DNA from: Camelus ferus
Taxonomy: Eukaryota
DNA length: 64,000 bases
Direction of reading: 5' to 3'
NCBI RefSeq assembly: GCF_009834535.1
Contig: NC_045696.1
Location: forward strand, 116,438,001 to 116,502,000
In this document: positions 1-12,800 of the stretch, in pieces
Layout: each line of letters opens with the position of its first letter
How positions within the stretch are numbered: position 1 is the stretch's first letter
Program-made: the position numbers and the translations under genes
Notes under the pieces: model-generated
The model's input: only the letters and a program-made list of their open reading frames with translations
What the model was told of the DNA's origin: nothing
Databases searched by the model: none

Positions 1-1804
1 ATGGTGAACATTTAAGAAGACCTCACAAATAACACAAGGATGCTGAAATTTGTAAATTCTCAGGAACTTCATCGTTGTTCTGGGACATTGCTTCCTCATT
101 CATTTACTTCTACCAGTTTTGTCTTTTAATGCACCTCCTTCAGGAGTGCCTTCCATGGTATTTATAGCGTAGTCATAATGTTTGCTTAGGGGAGTGCTGC
201 GCCAGTGGCTAGTAGTTCTAAGATCCAGTGGTAATTTTGGGGAGGTTGAAACGCCACAGTAAAGCTTTGTTCCTGTACTGCCACTTACAGTATGCCTGTG
301 TTTTTTCCCTAACCCCAGATAACTGAAGAGGACCGATAGTTTGATACATTTTAGTATCAAATGTGTGATCCTACTAGTGGATAAAATTTGTTAAGGAAGC
401 TACAAAATAGATGGAGCCTAAATAAAGTTATACAGACTTGCACACTGCCCTTAGTGCTGCCTTTGCTGTCAAACCTAAACACTGAGTCACTAATTCCCAG
501 CACCTTGCATCTCTCATCACCTCCAGCTCCCCCATATTTTCTACCTTCTCCTCCAGGAAATCTCTCTTCCCTTGTGTGGTTGAAGAATGACTCTTGGCAG
601 AGATGGTAATGAATGGTAACATTTACTTCTAACTGGGACTGTTAACTGGGAGACAAACCAAAAGGTCATTCTAATGTAAGGAGTTGTAGGCATGGTGGCA
701 AGGCAGTGAGGAAAAGGCAATGAAAACCTGAGCTAGTTATGTTCAAAAAGCTGGTGTCTTTGCAGGGCATCATGCAAGCCTCAGCGCAAATGTCTCCTAC
801 CGAAGGGATTTCTAAGCCCACCAATTCTAAAGTAGCTTCCCTCCATATCAACGTGTTCTGTTTACTTCACAACGCTCATCACTTATCAGGTGAAATGATC
901 TTATTTATTGGTGTACTTGATGGTTATCTATCCCCACTAGAATATAGTCTATGAGACAGGGCTTGGTATATATTCCATTGAATTCCCAGGACTGACACAA
1001 AGTAGGAGACTCGACAGATAATTGTAAACAAAAGAACTGAATGAACCCTTATACAGACATACCTTGATTTACACATTATCAAATCATTTAAAGTGGTTAG
1101 GGGGAAAAGAATATTTATATTAACTGTCTAGAAAATTACAGTACACAGTTTTTACAAATGTGAAATAGGTTCTCCTAATCACTTAAAAAATTTTTTGGAT
1201 TTTACAAGTTTATCATAGGGCACTTAAAAAAGTGGAATCTTACAAATTTCATTCAAATTCTAAGCAAGGTGTTCTATATCCCCTATATGTGTAGAAAATA
1301 ATATTCACCAAATACACATTCATTAAAACCTGAAAGGGTTTAAAGAGAATTTAAAGAAAATCTCATACTTAAAAAGTTTGAATTTGCCACATTAAAGATT
1401 CAATAATACATTATTGCATAATGCATCTCAAACTTTAATATATATACTTGAAATGCTATTTAAAGCACAATTATTGAAGTGCAGGTGTTCTCAAAGATTG
1501 AGATGTTTCTTACCACAGGGGCCAAATAAAACAACGGAATTTTTGAAGTTCTTAAGCTCTGAAAGAACCACAAGCAGTGTGCATGTACTTTCACAAGGAA
1601 GGACCCAAAACTGGTGATCACCACCAGAAAGCGGCCTATTTATTCCCTGATCACCAGTGAGATTACTAGGCCCATGGCCAGGAGGAAGCCCCTGGCTGAA
1701 CCCATTCTAAGGAGACTGCACTGCTTGGGAAAGCAAAGAGAAGCTAGTGATCATTTGCTCTAGTACCTAAGACCTCATCCTTCAAGTTTTCTTGCCCTCT
1801 AGAT

Positions 1805-1965
1805 CTAGTAAAGAAGGGGGGAAAAAGAGAGCGGGTGTAAGAGAGGAGGGGGAGGTAATGAGGGAGAGGAGACAGAGAGGGAGAGAGATAGGCGGGGCCC
1901 TGCCCGAGAAAGAATTGCGCTCCAAGCCACGCCCCCGCTTCCCAGGTAACCGGGTAAACAGACCA
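1805..1965 (+). promoter_or_regulatory. Putative EFHB proximal promoter: GA-rich tract, GC boxes, X-box-like and forkhead motifs
   Basis: GGCGGGGC 1891-1898, CCACGCCCCC 1927-1936, GCTTCCCAGGTAAC 1937-1950 and GTAAACA 1954-1960, about 230 bp upstream of the ATG. Confidence 0.55.
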
Positions 1966-2187
1966 TCTTCCTTTTCCCAGTGAACTCCGCCAGCTGTTAA
2001 GTGATAGGCAGGAAGCAGTGAGCAGGAAATCCGAGTGGAAATGTGCTCTTTCGTGCGAGTAGGGTCCCCCAAAGGGTTGGGGCCCTCCAAGGGATTGGGA
2101 TCTTCCCCCTAGCCAGGTACAGCTTACCCCTTAGAGAGGGGTGCCCCTGGAGGAATGAGGGTGTCTGAGAGGAATTCTCCCCTAAGC

Positions 2188-2961
2188 ATGGAGGTGGGGC
2201 TCGCCCAGGAAGGAAAGGATGTCTTAGGAGAGAGGAGGGTCTTCGTGGGAACAAACTCTCCCACGGAGTTGGGGCTCAGAGTGGGATTAGGAAGAGAAGG
2301 TTCCCCATGTAGTAATAAATATGAGGACAGGATGGCATCACTGAAAACAAAATCTCCATCAAGCAAGAAGCTTGAAATAGGGTTAAAAAGACAGAATATT
2401 TCTGGGACCTTCATGGAGGGGAGTAATTTAGGAGTCAGCAGGGTCTTAGGCTCACAGGAAACAAAACCTTCTCTGAGAATGTTGCCAGGAGGAGTGAGTT
2501 TAGAAGGTGAGTGTTTTCTGGCAGGGTGTTCTCCTGGAAGGGTAACACAGCCTTCACTGGGCAGGGTGTGTGAAAGTCCACAGACTCTAGGAAGCAAGAA
2601 AGGTCCTGTGGCTGGTGACCCGGAAGGGTCAGAGGCTCCTGTGGGGAAGCAGCCTGCTCCGGCTATGGAACCCAGACAGGAACTGGAAAGAGAGTCCACG
2701 TGTGTGGTGACGAAGCCCAGCGCAGAGATGGAGCCTCCTGTGGAGGTGGACACGGGGCTTCCGCGACCAGAGGAGCCAGATGACACTAAGACTACAGAGC
2801 CCCAAATGGGCTTGGTGATAGAACCTCCCGGGTGCCAGTGTGCCCAGCAACCTGAAGAACAAAAAGAGGCTGCAAATATTGAACCAGGAGTCGAACCTCC
2901 AGATCGCATCAGACCCATATACTCTGGCAAGTTTTTTGATCGGATGCCTTGTTGGCCAAGT
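2188..2961 (+). CDS. EFHB: EFHB coding exon 1 (low-complexity N-terminus ending ...[10 protein letters not shown])
   Basis: Lies within ORF 2155..3003. ATG 2188 has strong Kozak context (AGCATGG); an in-frame upstream ATG exists at 2155. Donor GTAAGT at 2962, phase 0. Confidence 0.9.
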
Positions 2962-5218
2962 GTAAGTTTTTTCCCCAGTACTTTCCCTGTGAACAATGTA
3001 TAGCCATGTCTTTATCGAGATGATAAACTAGAGAGACTGGTTTGGATGTGTGGCGTCACATAGCAAAGAATTTGTAGAGATTCTGATATTCCTTGTCCCA
3101 TTGGACTCTTTCCAGCTGTTCCTCTGTCCGATCGCCTCTGACACTCTGCCTCCCTTCCTAGATGACAGCTTTGTTTTCTGTGCACATAAGTGGTTCCTCT
3201 TGATTTCTCTCTCCTTTCTCCTGTGATCTACATTTCATTCCTCAGTCTGCATTTTCTCAACCCTCTTACTGAAATACACATTTTATCCTTAATGTTCATG
3301 TACATTTTTCAGAAACTTTTTTTTTCATTCACTATTCTGTGAGTTATTTATTCTTTCCAGCAAAGACTTGTGGAGGCCATTATGCTGGGTACAGGGCACT
3401 ATAAAATGAAAAGCCCATGATCCCTATCCTATGGGTTTAGGCTCTCATGCCAGTGTTGGAAACAATAACAAAACAAATATTATACAGACATCTAAATGAA
3501 TAGCAACAAGTGTGATTCTTCCTTAATAGAAGTACACTTTAGTCATGGAGCTCAATGACGTTTGGACAGTTCTGTTTGGAGGCGATGGGAAAGGCTTTAC
3601 AGAGCAAATAATGTTTGATCTAATTTAGAAAAGTATCAGTATTTGTCAGATGGGAAAAAGGGTTGGAGCATCTTGGGCAAAGAATGGCAAAGAGCATACC
3701 CAAAGCTTCTTGTGTTTGAGACGTGTAAGTACTTCTGTTTAGCCAACATGATGATAAAATACATGAAGAAATCAAAAGGTCCAGAATGTGGGGGTAAAAC
3801 AGAAGCAATGGTAGATCTTTATGAGGGAAGAAATAAGTAAAATACGCCTTTTGGAAAGATAATTCTGATAGTGATAAAAATGGTAGACTCGAAGGAGGAG
3901 CTCCTGGATAACAGGGAAAAGTTAGAAGGCTACTCCAACATAATGATGACCTTAAATTAATGTAGAGTTAGAAAGAATAGAGAGAAGAGGGCATTTCTGG
4001 GAACTTTTTAGGAGATGGTGCTGTGAAGACTTGTCATCCAGTTGTCCATCTATGTGGTGAAAGAGGGAAGTTGATGGGTGACTTAGGAGTTTCTAGGTTG
4101 ATAATGAGATCTCTTCCTGTTTGGTGGCAAATGAGCATCTGGTGTTGGCCGTCCTGAGTTTGAGATAGATACAGGATATCAGATGAAAAAGCCAGGGAGA
4201 CCATCAGTAATAGGAGACAGCTGGAGCCACGAGTGGGCATGGGAGAAGAAGGTCTAGGCAAGGACCTTCAGAAACATATGAGATGGTCAGAGAAAGAAAT
4301 GTCAACTAGGTGAGTTCTTGAGGACAAGGATTTTCTCTTATTTATCCTGTAGTGTCATGGCATATTACCATGCTTGGCAGATGGCAGACAGTGGTCATTC
4401 AGTAAATGTACGTTTGATCAAAGGAAGGCAGGCTGGATGATTAAATGGGAGAAAGAACAGTCAGAGAAGAAAGAGGTGAGTCTGAGACAGTGGTATTGAG
4501 CAACATAAGTATTCTGGGAATGAAGGATTCCATACAATGAGATTTGAGAACACAATTCAGCTGAAGTGGTCACAGGGATTCTGCAGAATGTTTTCTGCAT
4601 CTGCAGACTTCTCTTCCCCCTGGATTCCGGGTGTTTTCTTTTTTCTTTTTTAAAAATCTGACCCACTTTGCTTTCTGGTTCCCTTATTGGATTTCCCCAG
4701 CCACTCTCTTCTCACTTGACTACGACTGCTTCCCTTTCTGGATTGGTTCTCCAGTCTAAGGCTTCAGACTTGATCTCACACAGAAGCTGATACAGGCTTC
4801 CAGTTTCCCCATACAGGCAATTCTAAAACCTCTGCTTCCTCCTGCCCCTCACACCCTCCTTTCTAAATGTGATCCGACAGGGAAGAGAGTTTCAAGGAGA
4901 AAGTGACCAGCAGTGTTAAAATATCTCTGATAGATACGTAGAATAAAGATGCATTCACTTTGGCCTTTAAGGGAATTAGAAACATTGTTAAAATGGCATG
5001 ATGGAGGGACATTTCAGATTCCAGTACACTGAAGAGTGAAATTAGAGTTGAAGAAAACTCCTGTGAATTTTTTTTTTCCCTTAAGAAGTGTGGCAGTGAA
5101 GAGAACAGAGTAAAGATTCTATTTAGGAATATTTTTAATTTTTAGTTAAATTTTTTAAATTGAAGTATAATCGGTTTATAATGTGTTAATTTTTGGTGTA
5201 CAGCATAGTGTTTCAGTT

Positions 5219-5276
<58 letters not shown>

Positions 5277-7092
5277 ATTCCCTTTCATATTCTTTTTCAT
5301 TATAGGTTATTACAAGATATTGAATACAGTTCCCTGTGCTAGACAGTAGGACCTTGTTGTTTTTCTATTCTGTACATAGTAGTTTTAGTATCTGCAAATC
5401 TCAAATTCCCAATTTATTCTTCCCCCCTGGTAACCATAAGTTTGTTTTCTATGTCTGTGAGTTTGTTTCTGTTTGGTAAATAATATTTGTGTCATTTTTT
5501 AAAGATTCCACATATAAATGATATGTCTTTCTCTTTCTGGCTTACTTCACTTAGTATAACAATCTCCAGATCCATTCCTGTTGCTGCAAATGGCATTACT
5601 TCATTCTTTTTTATGGCTGAGTAGTATTCCATTACATCTATACCACATCATCTTTATCCAGTCATCTGTTGATGGACATTTAGGTGGCTTCCATGTCTGG
5701 GCTGTTGTGAATAGTGCTGCTATGAACACTGGGGTGCATGTATCTTTTCGAATTATAGTTTCTTCCAGATAGATGTGGGATTGCTGGATCACAGGGTAAG
5801 TCTGTTTTTAGTTTTTAAAGGTATTTTTATTTGTTTAGCCAATCAGTAGAGGAGTTTGAGATAATGCAAAGGAGATAATGGCCATAACTAGATTCCAGAT
5901 ACCCAGGAGGGTATGGAAATAGGATCATAGGCCAGAGGAGAGATTAGCCTTGGCTAGAAATGAGGCCCTTTTAAAAATAATTTTTTAAATATTAAAATGT
6001 CTACTTTTACTATAAAACGAAGATACCATTATAGGAAATTTAGAAAACAGGAATGAAAACACCCCTAATCTCATCACCGTAACGCTTTGCCTACTAGCAC
6101 TCTGCAGCATTCACGTTAGTTAACAGTTATTGGTGGCTTTGCTATTTCAACATCACTACTCATGAGCTCTTTACAGGTGAGGAAACTGAGGCAAATTAAA
6201 TAATCTGGCCAAAGTCTTACAGCTAAGAAGTGGCAGCCCCAGGATTTGAAGTCACCATTTCCAGTTCAAGAGGCTGAGTTCTTAACTGCACTGCACTTCC
6301 TGACACTTCCCTCCAATTTCACTTTTATGTAGCTGATACAGCAAGCATAAGAATTGTCTTGATTTTTCACTTACTATTATTTAATAATTTTTTTATATTA
6401 TTACAGAGAACTTAAAAGATCTTTTAGTGATTAAATAAGGACAAGATTTCTTTAAGCCAATATATACTTCTTTAGTTAACTCACTTCCTCTTGTTGGATA
6501 TTAATTTTTTTCCCATATTTTTGTGTAAAAATAGTCTATGAACTTCTTTATGCACATGTCTTAGAATATTTCCTTAGCATAGAGTTTCAGCAGAAGCCAA
6601 AGGATGGATTATTTTCTAATTCTTGTTGCCAAATCCCTTCCTAAAAGATTGTACCACTAAAGTTTAAAAATTAATGATTTGCAAGACACTGTTTTAATTC
6701 ACATTTATTTGATTTATAATAAGATTGAAAATTGTTTCGTTTTTAGTTTTTATAGCTGGTCCTCTTGCTGAACTCTGATCAATCTTTTTTTTTCTTTTAA
6801 ACGTTTTTTTAATTGAGTTATAGTCACTTTACAATGTTGTGTCAAATTCCAATGTAGAGCACAATTTTTCAGTTATACATGAACATACATACATTCACTG
6901 TCACATTCTCTTTCGTTGTGAGCCACCACAAGATCCTGTATATACTTCCCTGTGCTACACAGTACAAGCTTGTTTATCTAGCCTACATTTTGAAATCCCA
7001 GTCTGTCCCTTCCCACCCCTCATCCCCTGGGCAACCACAAGTTTGTATTCTATGTCTATGAGTCTGTTTCTGTTTTGTATTTATGTTTTTTG

Positions 7093-7133
<41 letters not shown>

Positions 7134-9838
7134 TTCCGCTTATGAGCAATCTCATATGGTATTTTTCTTTCTCTTTCTGGCTTACTTCACTTAGAATGAC
7201 ATTCTCCAGGAACATCCATGTTGCTGCAAATGGCGTTATGTTGTCAGTTTTTATGGCTGAATAGTATTCCATCATATAAATATACCACATCTTCTTTATC
7301 CAGTCATCTGTTGATGGACATCTAGGCTGTTTCCATGTCTTGGCTATTGTAAATAGTGCTGCTATGAACATTGGGGTGCAGGTGTCATCATGAAGTAGGG
7401 TTCCTTCTGGATATATGCCCAGGAGTGGGATTCCTGGGTCATATGTTAAGTCTATTCCTAGCCTTTTGAGGACTCTCCATACTGTTTTCCACAGTGGCTG
7501 CACCAAACTGCATTCCCACCAGCAGTGTAGGAAGGTTCCCTTTTCTCCACAGCCTCTCCAGCATTTGTCATTTGTGGACTTTTGAATGATGGCCATTCTG
7601 ACTGGTGTGAGGTAATTGCTTACCATTATTTCTTTTGGATTTTCTAGGTAGACAATCATATTGACACTTCTGTTTTTCCCTCTTTAGTATACATAGCTCT
7701 TATTTCAATTTCCTATATCACTGCATTGCCTATGATAAATAAGATAATATTGAAAGGTCTCTTTTCAAACTTTAATGGGAATGATTCTAATGGTTCACTG
7801 TTAAGTATTATTTTTGCTGAAGATTTTTGGTCTATCAAGTTAAGGACACCCATATCCATTCTTAGTTTGCTAAGAATGTTTAAAAATCAGGAATAGAGCT
7901 TCAACCATGAAGAGCTTTCTCCACATTTGTTGAAATACATCTTTTCTGAATTAACATGATTAATTTTCTAATAGTGAACTATCTTCATATTTTGGGGCTA
8001 AGCCCTACTGGGTTGTCATATTATTATTATAATGTATTCTTGGATTTGACTTCCAGTTTTTCACTAGGAGTTTTGCATCTATGACCCCATGTAATATTGG
8101 ACAGTAGTTTTCCTTTTTGTGTTTTCTTTGAGTTTGGTATTAGGGTAATGCTAGTACATGAATAGAATTGACAAGTCTTCCATCAAGCCATCCCTTGATC
8201 ACCATTAATGCACTGACTATAACAGAAACCTTGGGGTTATTAAGACAAAACAAGTGAACTTTACAAAGTGCATTGGTAAATGGTATTGAGCCCTGAAGTA
8301 CCAAGAGGAAGAAGGAAGGAAAGATTCAAAGAAAGTTTTAAAAAAATTATTCTGTCTACAATGACTAGATAGTATGTCAGGCGCTAGGGCTGCAAAGATG
8401 AAAAATGATACAGTATCTGCTTTCAAAAAACTTACAGTCTAGAGACTTGAGCCCAATAGACAAATGATTTCACAATATGGTAAATGTCATGCAAAGGGAT
8501 GCCTTAATTTTTTTTCCTGTTGTGCACCCAGAGAACCTGATGGCTATGTGGGGATGGGTAGAGGCGAAAGGGTCACCCATTTGTAAATCTTGTGAGAACT
8601 AGACAGTCATTCAAACCCTGTTTTGAAACAAAAAAGGCACAACGACTCATTTTGTCTGAATTCGCAAAGAGCTATTCTCTGCAGAATTCTGAGAAGTGGG
8701 TGGTTTCAACTGCATAACGGGTTCAGGGCCTTCTGGGCAGAAAGATTGATGCTATCACGCCTAACTTTTTTGCTGAGATATTCAGAGTTAGGGATATCTA
8801 CCAGGAAAACAGTGATCTTGGCCAAGGCACAGTGGGAGAGATAGGACCACTGTCCTAGCCCATACTGAGTTTGGAGAGTGGAAGGTGACATGATGATTAT
8901 GGGTCAGTGGGTCTTCAGCAGCTGAAAATGGGCTGGTATCAACCTTCCTGAGTTGACTTGAACCATGGTAACCAATCTTGTGAGAAATAAAAAAAGGTAC
9001 TTGGTCACTGAAAACTGTAATACTGGGGGCTGAGTATAGGTGGCCAAGTGAGGTGGCACTGGTGTAGCTGGGAACTGAGGAAGGAGGTGGCTGAGGGAGG
9101 TGGTCAGTGAAGCTGGGAGCTGATAACATCCAGAGGCAGATAAGTAAATATACTGAGGACCATAGAAGCCAGGTTTCTTACTGGTAGAGAAACCAGTTAC
9201 AAATACAAAAAGGAGAAGGGTAGAAGGAATCCTGTTGTGTTGGATTGTAATTGGAGGTACTGGTGGAAACCATGTCAAAATCCACATCTGTGTATCTAAA
9301 CTAGACACATTTAACAGAATATTACAGGATTGATACAGATGCAAGGGGGGGCCGGTATACACACACATTTCCTAGCTCTGTCCTGTAAGAGGACCTAAAA
9401 GAAACAATGTTTATCTGGTAGCAGTGAGCACACTAGAACCCAGATCTCGATTTCTAAATATTATTTTCTATTAAAAGGAATCAGGACCCTTTGGAGGAAT
9501 GGCTGACTCTAGGGCTGGTGTAGCACAGTATGTACTTGGAACACCTTAGAGAGCCAAAAAGTAAGAAAATTCTCAAAGAATAATGCAGATATGGCAAAGG
9601 AAGTGCAGAAACAAGCTTGAAGGGGCCCCCAATGGCCCAAACTGTTATACTCTGAGCACTGAATAAAATTATCTTTGACTATAAGGGGAAGGGGGAGGGA
9701 TAAATTAGGAGTATGGGATTGACAGATAACACACTATCATATGTAAAATAGATAAACAACAAAGACTTACTGTATAGCACAGGGAACTGCATTCAGTATC
9801 TTGTAATAACCTGTAAGTGGAAAAGAATAAAAAAATGC

Positions 9839-9874
<36 letters not shown>

Positions 9875-12800
9875 CTCCAAATCACTTTGCTGTACACCTG
9901 AAACTAACATAATATTGTAAATCAACTATATTTCAATTTTTAAAAAATTCCCATTGAATAAAATAGAAATCCATGACTCCATACTGATATAATACATCAA
10001 TGATTGAATAAATAGCAAGAAAAGAAAGTTTCTTTGCAGTATAATGCCAATTAATAAGTGTAGATGGAATGATGGAATTAGAAAGTCATCATTTGGTGAC
10101 TGTCATAGTAGTAATGGTTTAAGCAAAAATCATCAATGGATATTAAAACAGCAGGTAAAAGTTTAGTGAGGAACTGGGTATTTACACAGAATAATGATTC
10201 ATGACAAATTTTACAGCAGAGAATCCCAGCAGGCTTTACCTTCAATGAGTGATCAAAGTTAACACTACTAGTCATAGGACAAGTTGACAGCACGTACTCC
10301 CTGATGGAAGAACACAGCATCGTTTCTGTGATTATCTCTAACAAAAATGTGTAACTTTAACTCTAATCACACCCAAATTGGGGCACATTTAACAAAATAA
10401 CTAGCCTATACTAAAAAATGTCAAGGTCATAAAAGACAAGAAAACATTAGGAACTGACTAAAGGAGACAGAAGAGACGTGAGGACTAAATGCTGTGCGTG
10501 TGTGCTGGCTACCCAGGTGCCTGGATCCTGACTCCCTTCAAGAGGACCTGCTGTGGGGCATGTAGCCAGTTGACAGCCTCTACCTGCTGCCCTCAGGGAC
10601 CTACGGCCGTGGTAACTAGCCGGCCACGCTCTCAGTGATGGAGCTCAGTAGGGACTCTAGAACTGAACCTGTTTACCCAACACAGACTCCTTAAATGGGA
10701 AATACAGTTTCAGAGACCATGCATTGACCTGGCCAAAGTGTTCTCAGAACCATGCTGTGTTCTGAAGCCCTTCCTTCTTAATACTGCCTTCCTGCTCTCC
10801 TTTCAAAGGTGTCATGGTCTGAAATCTCCCCCTGCCTACACCGCCCTCATCTGTCACAGGTGTTTTTCTTCCTAAGTCTCTTGTATGGCTAATCGTGGTG
10901 TCTGCTTCTCAAAGGAAAAACACAATCACACTTGTGACCCATGGATTTGCTCCTTTTACGATAAAAGACAGTATTAGGGTAATTGGTGATATCTGAAAGG
11001 GGTCCTTACATTAGATACTACTATTATATCCATGCTAATTTCCTGATTTTTGTGGCCTGTAGTGGTTGTTTTTTTTAAGATAATAGAAATAAAAGAAAAT
11101 AGAAGAGACAACAGTTTAAAATTTTCAATATACTTTAGAAAATAGGAAGATTTTCAATACACTTTAGAAAACAGAATAGGGAGTTACAGCAACTGATTTT
11201 GCAGGAGAAAATGCAATCTGACGGAAACCAGGTAGAAATTTCCACCAGAAATGATCCAGTTTGCCTGGATCAGCCCTTGGAAGAAGATGTAGTAAAGCTT
11301 GAAGCTGAAAACTGAAGGATTGGTTCAAAGTCTGAATTCAGCGTAGCTGGGTTTCTGGTTCCCCTCCATCCTATGCTACCCTGATTCCCTACATCTTTGC
11401 ACCAGCTCCTGCTCCCTTCTACCAGAACTGGATTTATTTTTCCAACAGGGTTTTTGGAGTCGAAAGACACCAAGCCCAAGGAAAAGCAGAGGGGCAGCTC
11501 CAGGCTGAAAATGGGGCATTGTAAAATGTACTTTCTGTGATGCGATTTCCTTAGCTTCCTCTCCCAATAGGCCCCTAGAGGGCAAGTAGCCAGTGTAAAG
11601 CCAGCTCTTCCATCAGTTGGCAGTGCAGAGAGAGGCAGGAGAGCATTGGGAATAAGAGCAGAGATTTGGAAGCCAGCCTACTTGTGTTCAGAGATCTGCC
11701 CATATATGAGCAGTGTAACCCTGTTACAATGGGGAGGCTAATAGTACCTACCTCACAGAAATCATTATGTATTAAAGAATTAATACAAAGCCCTTAAAAC
11801 AGTGTCCAGCATATCCTATGTGCTTTATAATCATTAGCTATTATTACCATCATTACTATCTTTTGGAAATTCTGAATAGCCTAGAGGGAAAAACAAATGA
11901 CATTAGGGACCCTACCAAAATAAAGACTGCTTCATCATCTGATCATCTTATAGGAAAGCCCAAGAGTCAACAAGCCCTGTGCACACGGAGCTACATAGTC
12001 CCTGTGGAGCCTAACTTTGATCTGTTGATCCGACGCCAGCTGGAAGGGAGAGGCTGAAACAAGCTGACAGAAAACCCAGAGGGGACAGGGAAGATGTAAG
12101 CACACAGAAAAGTAACCTGAGAGATAAAAGATGCTGCATCCAGAAGACAAGATTGGAACTTTGACAATAACAGCCAAGGAAGAAGATAGAACATTTTAGA
12201 ACTTAAGTGTGACAGGCTAAATAAAAATTCAACAGAGGATTGCAGAATGAAGTCAAAGACATTTCCTGGACATTAAAACAAATGCCCTTGAGGCAAACGG
12301 AAGTCTCATAGAAGATCATTGTTCCCTTTCTCAGGTTAGGGGGTCACTAGGATCAACTCAAGGTGGCTGTTAAAACTGCTCCTAAGTTCTGTCCTGGCTC
12401 TGCACACAATTGATTCTCTTATTTCTAGCGTACCTATCACTTGAAGGTACCATATTTTATTTAACCATTTGCCTATTGTTGTGTATTTAGTATGTTTATA
12501 TTTATATAAATAAAACATAAGTTCCTTCTGTTTGTCTCTTACTGGACCACATGAAAAATCACACAGCAGATTTTCACCAAACTTGGAGAGTATGTTTGGT
12601 GTGAATGAAAAATACTGCAAACTATATCAGTAAACAAAGAATGCGGAAGTCACCAAGTCATCAGCGGCTGCCACCCCCCCCCCCACCAAGTGAAGACAAG
12701 CCTGCAGCCTGGCCTCTGCAGCCACTCACAGTGGTGCCCTCTGAGGGGACTCAGAATAAGAAAGGACAGGATACTGGCCCTAGATAGCTAGGTGCTTGTC

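Noticed and set aside
100..960. Short ORFs at the window start as exons of a neighbouring gene
   Set aside because: No recognisable protein similarity or convincing splice structure; likely decayed repeat or intergenic DNA
2124..2996. 290-aa antisense ORF overlapping exon 1
   Set aside because: Shadow of the purine-rich coding strand; Ser/Pro/Gly-rich with no recognisable domain
2962..3003. Extension of the exon-1 ORF to a stop at 3003 (282-aa single-exon gene)
   Set aside because: A consensus GTAAGT donor at 2962 joins in frame to exon 2; the tail is intronic read-through
11121..11171. 22-bp direct repeat with 29-bp period
   Set aside because: Only two AT-rich copies; a simple local duplication, not an array or CRISPR
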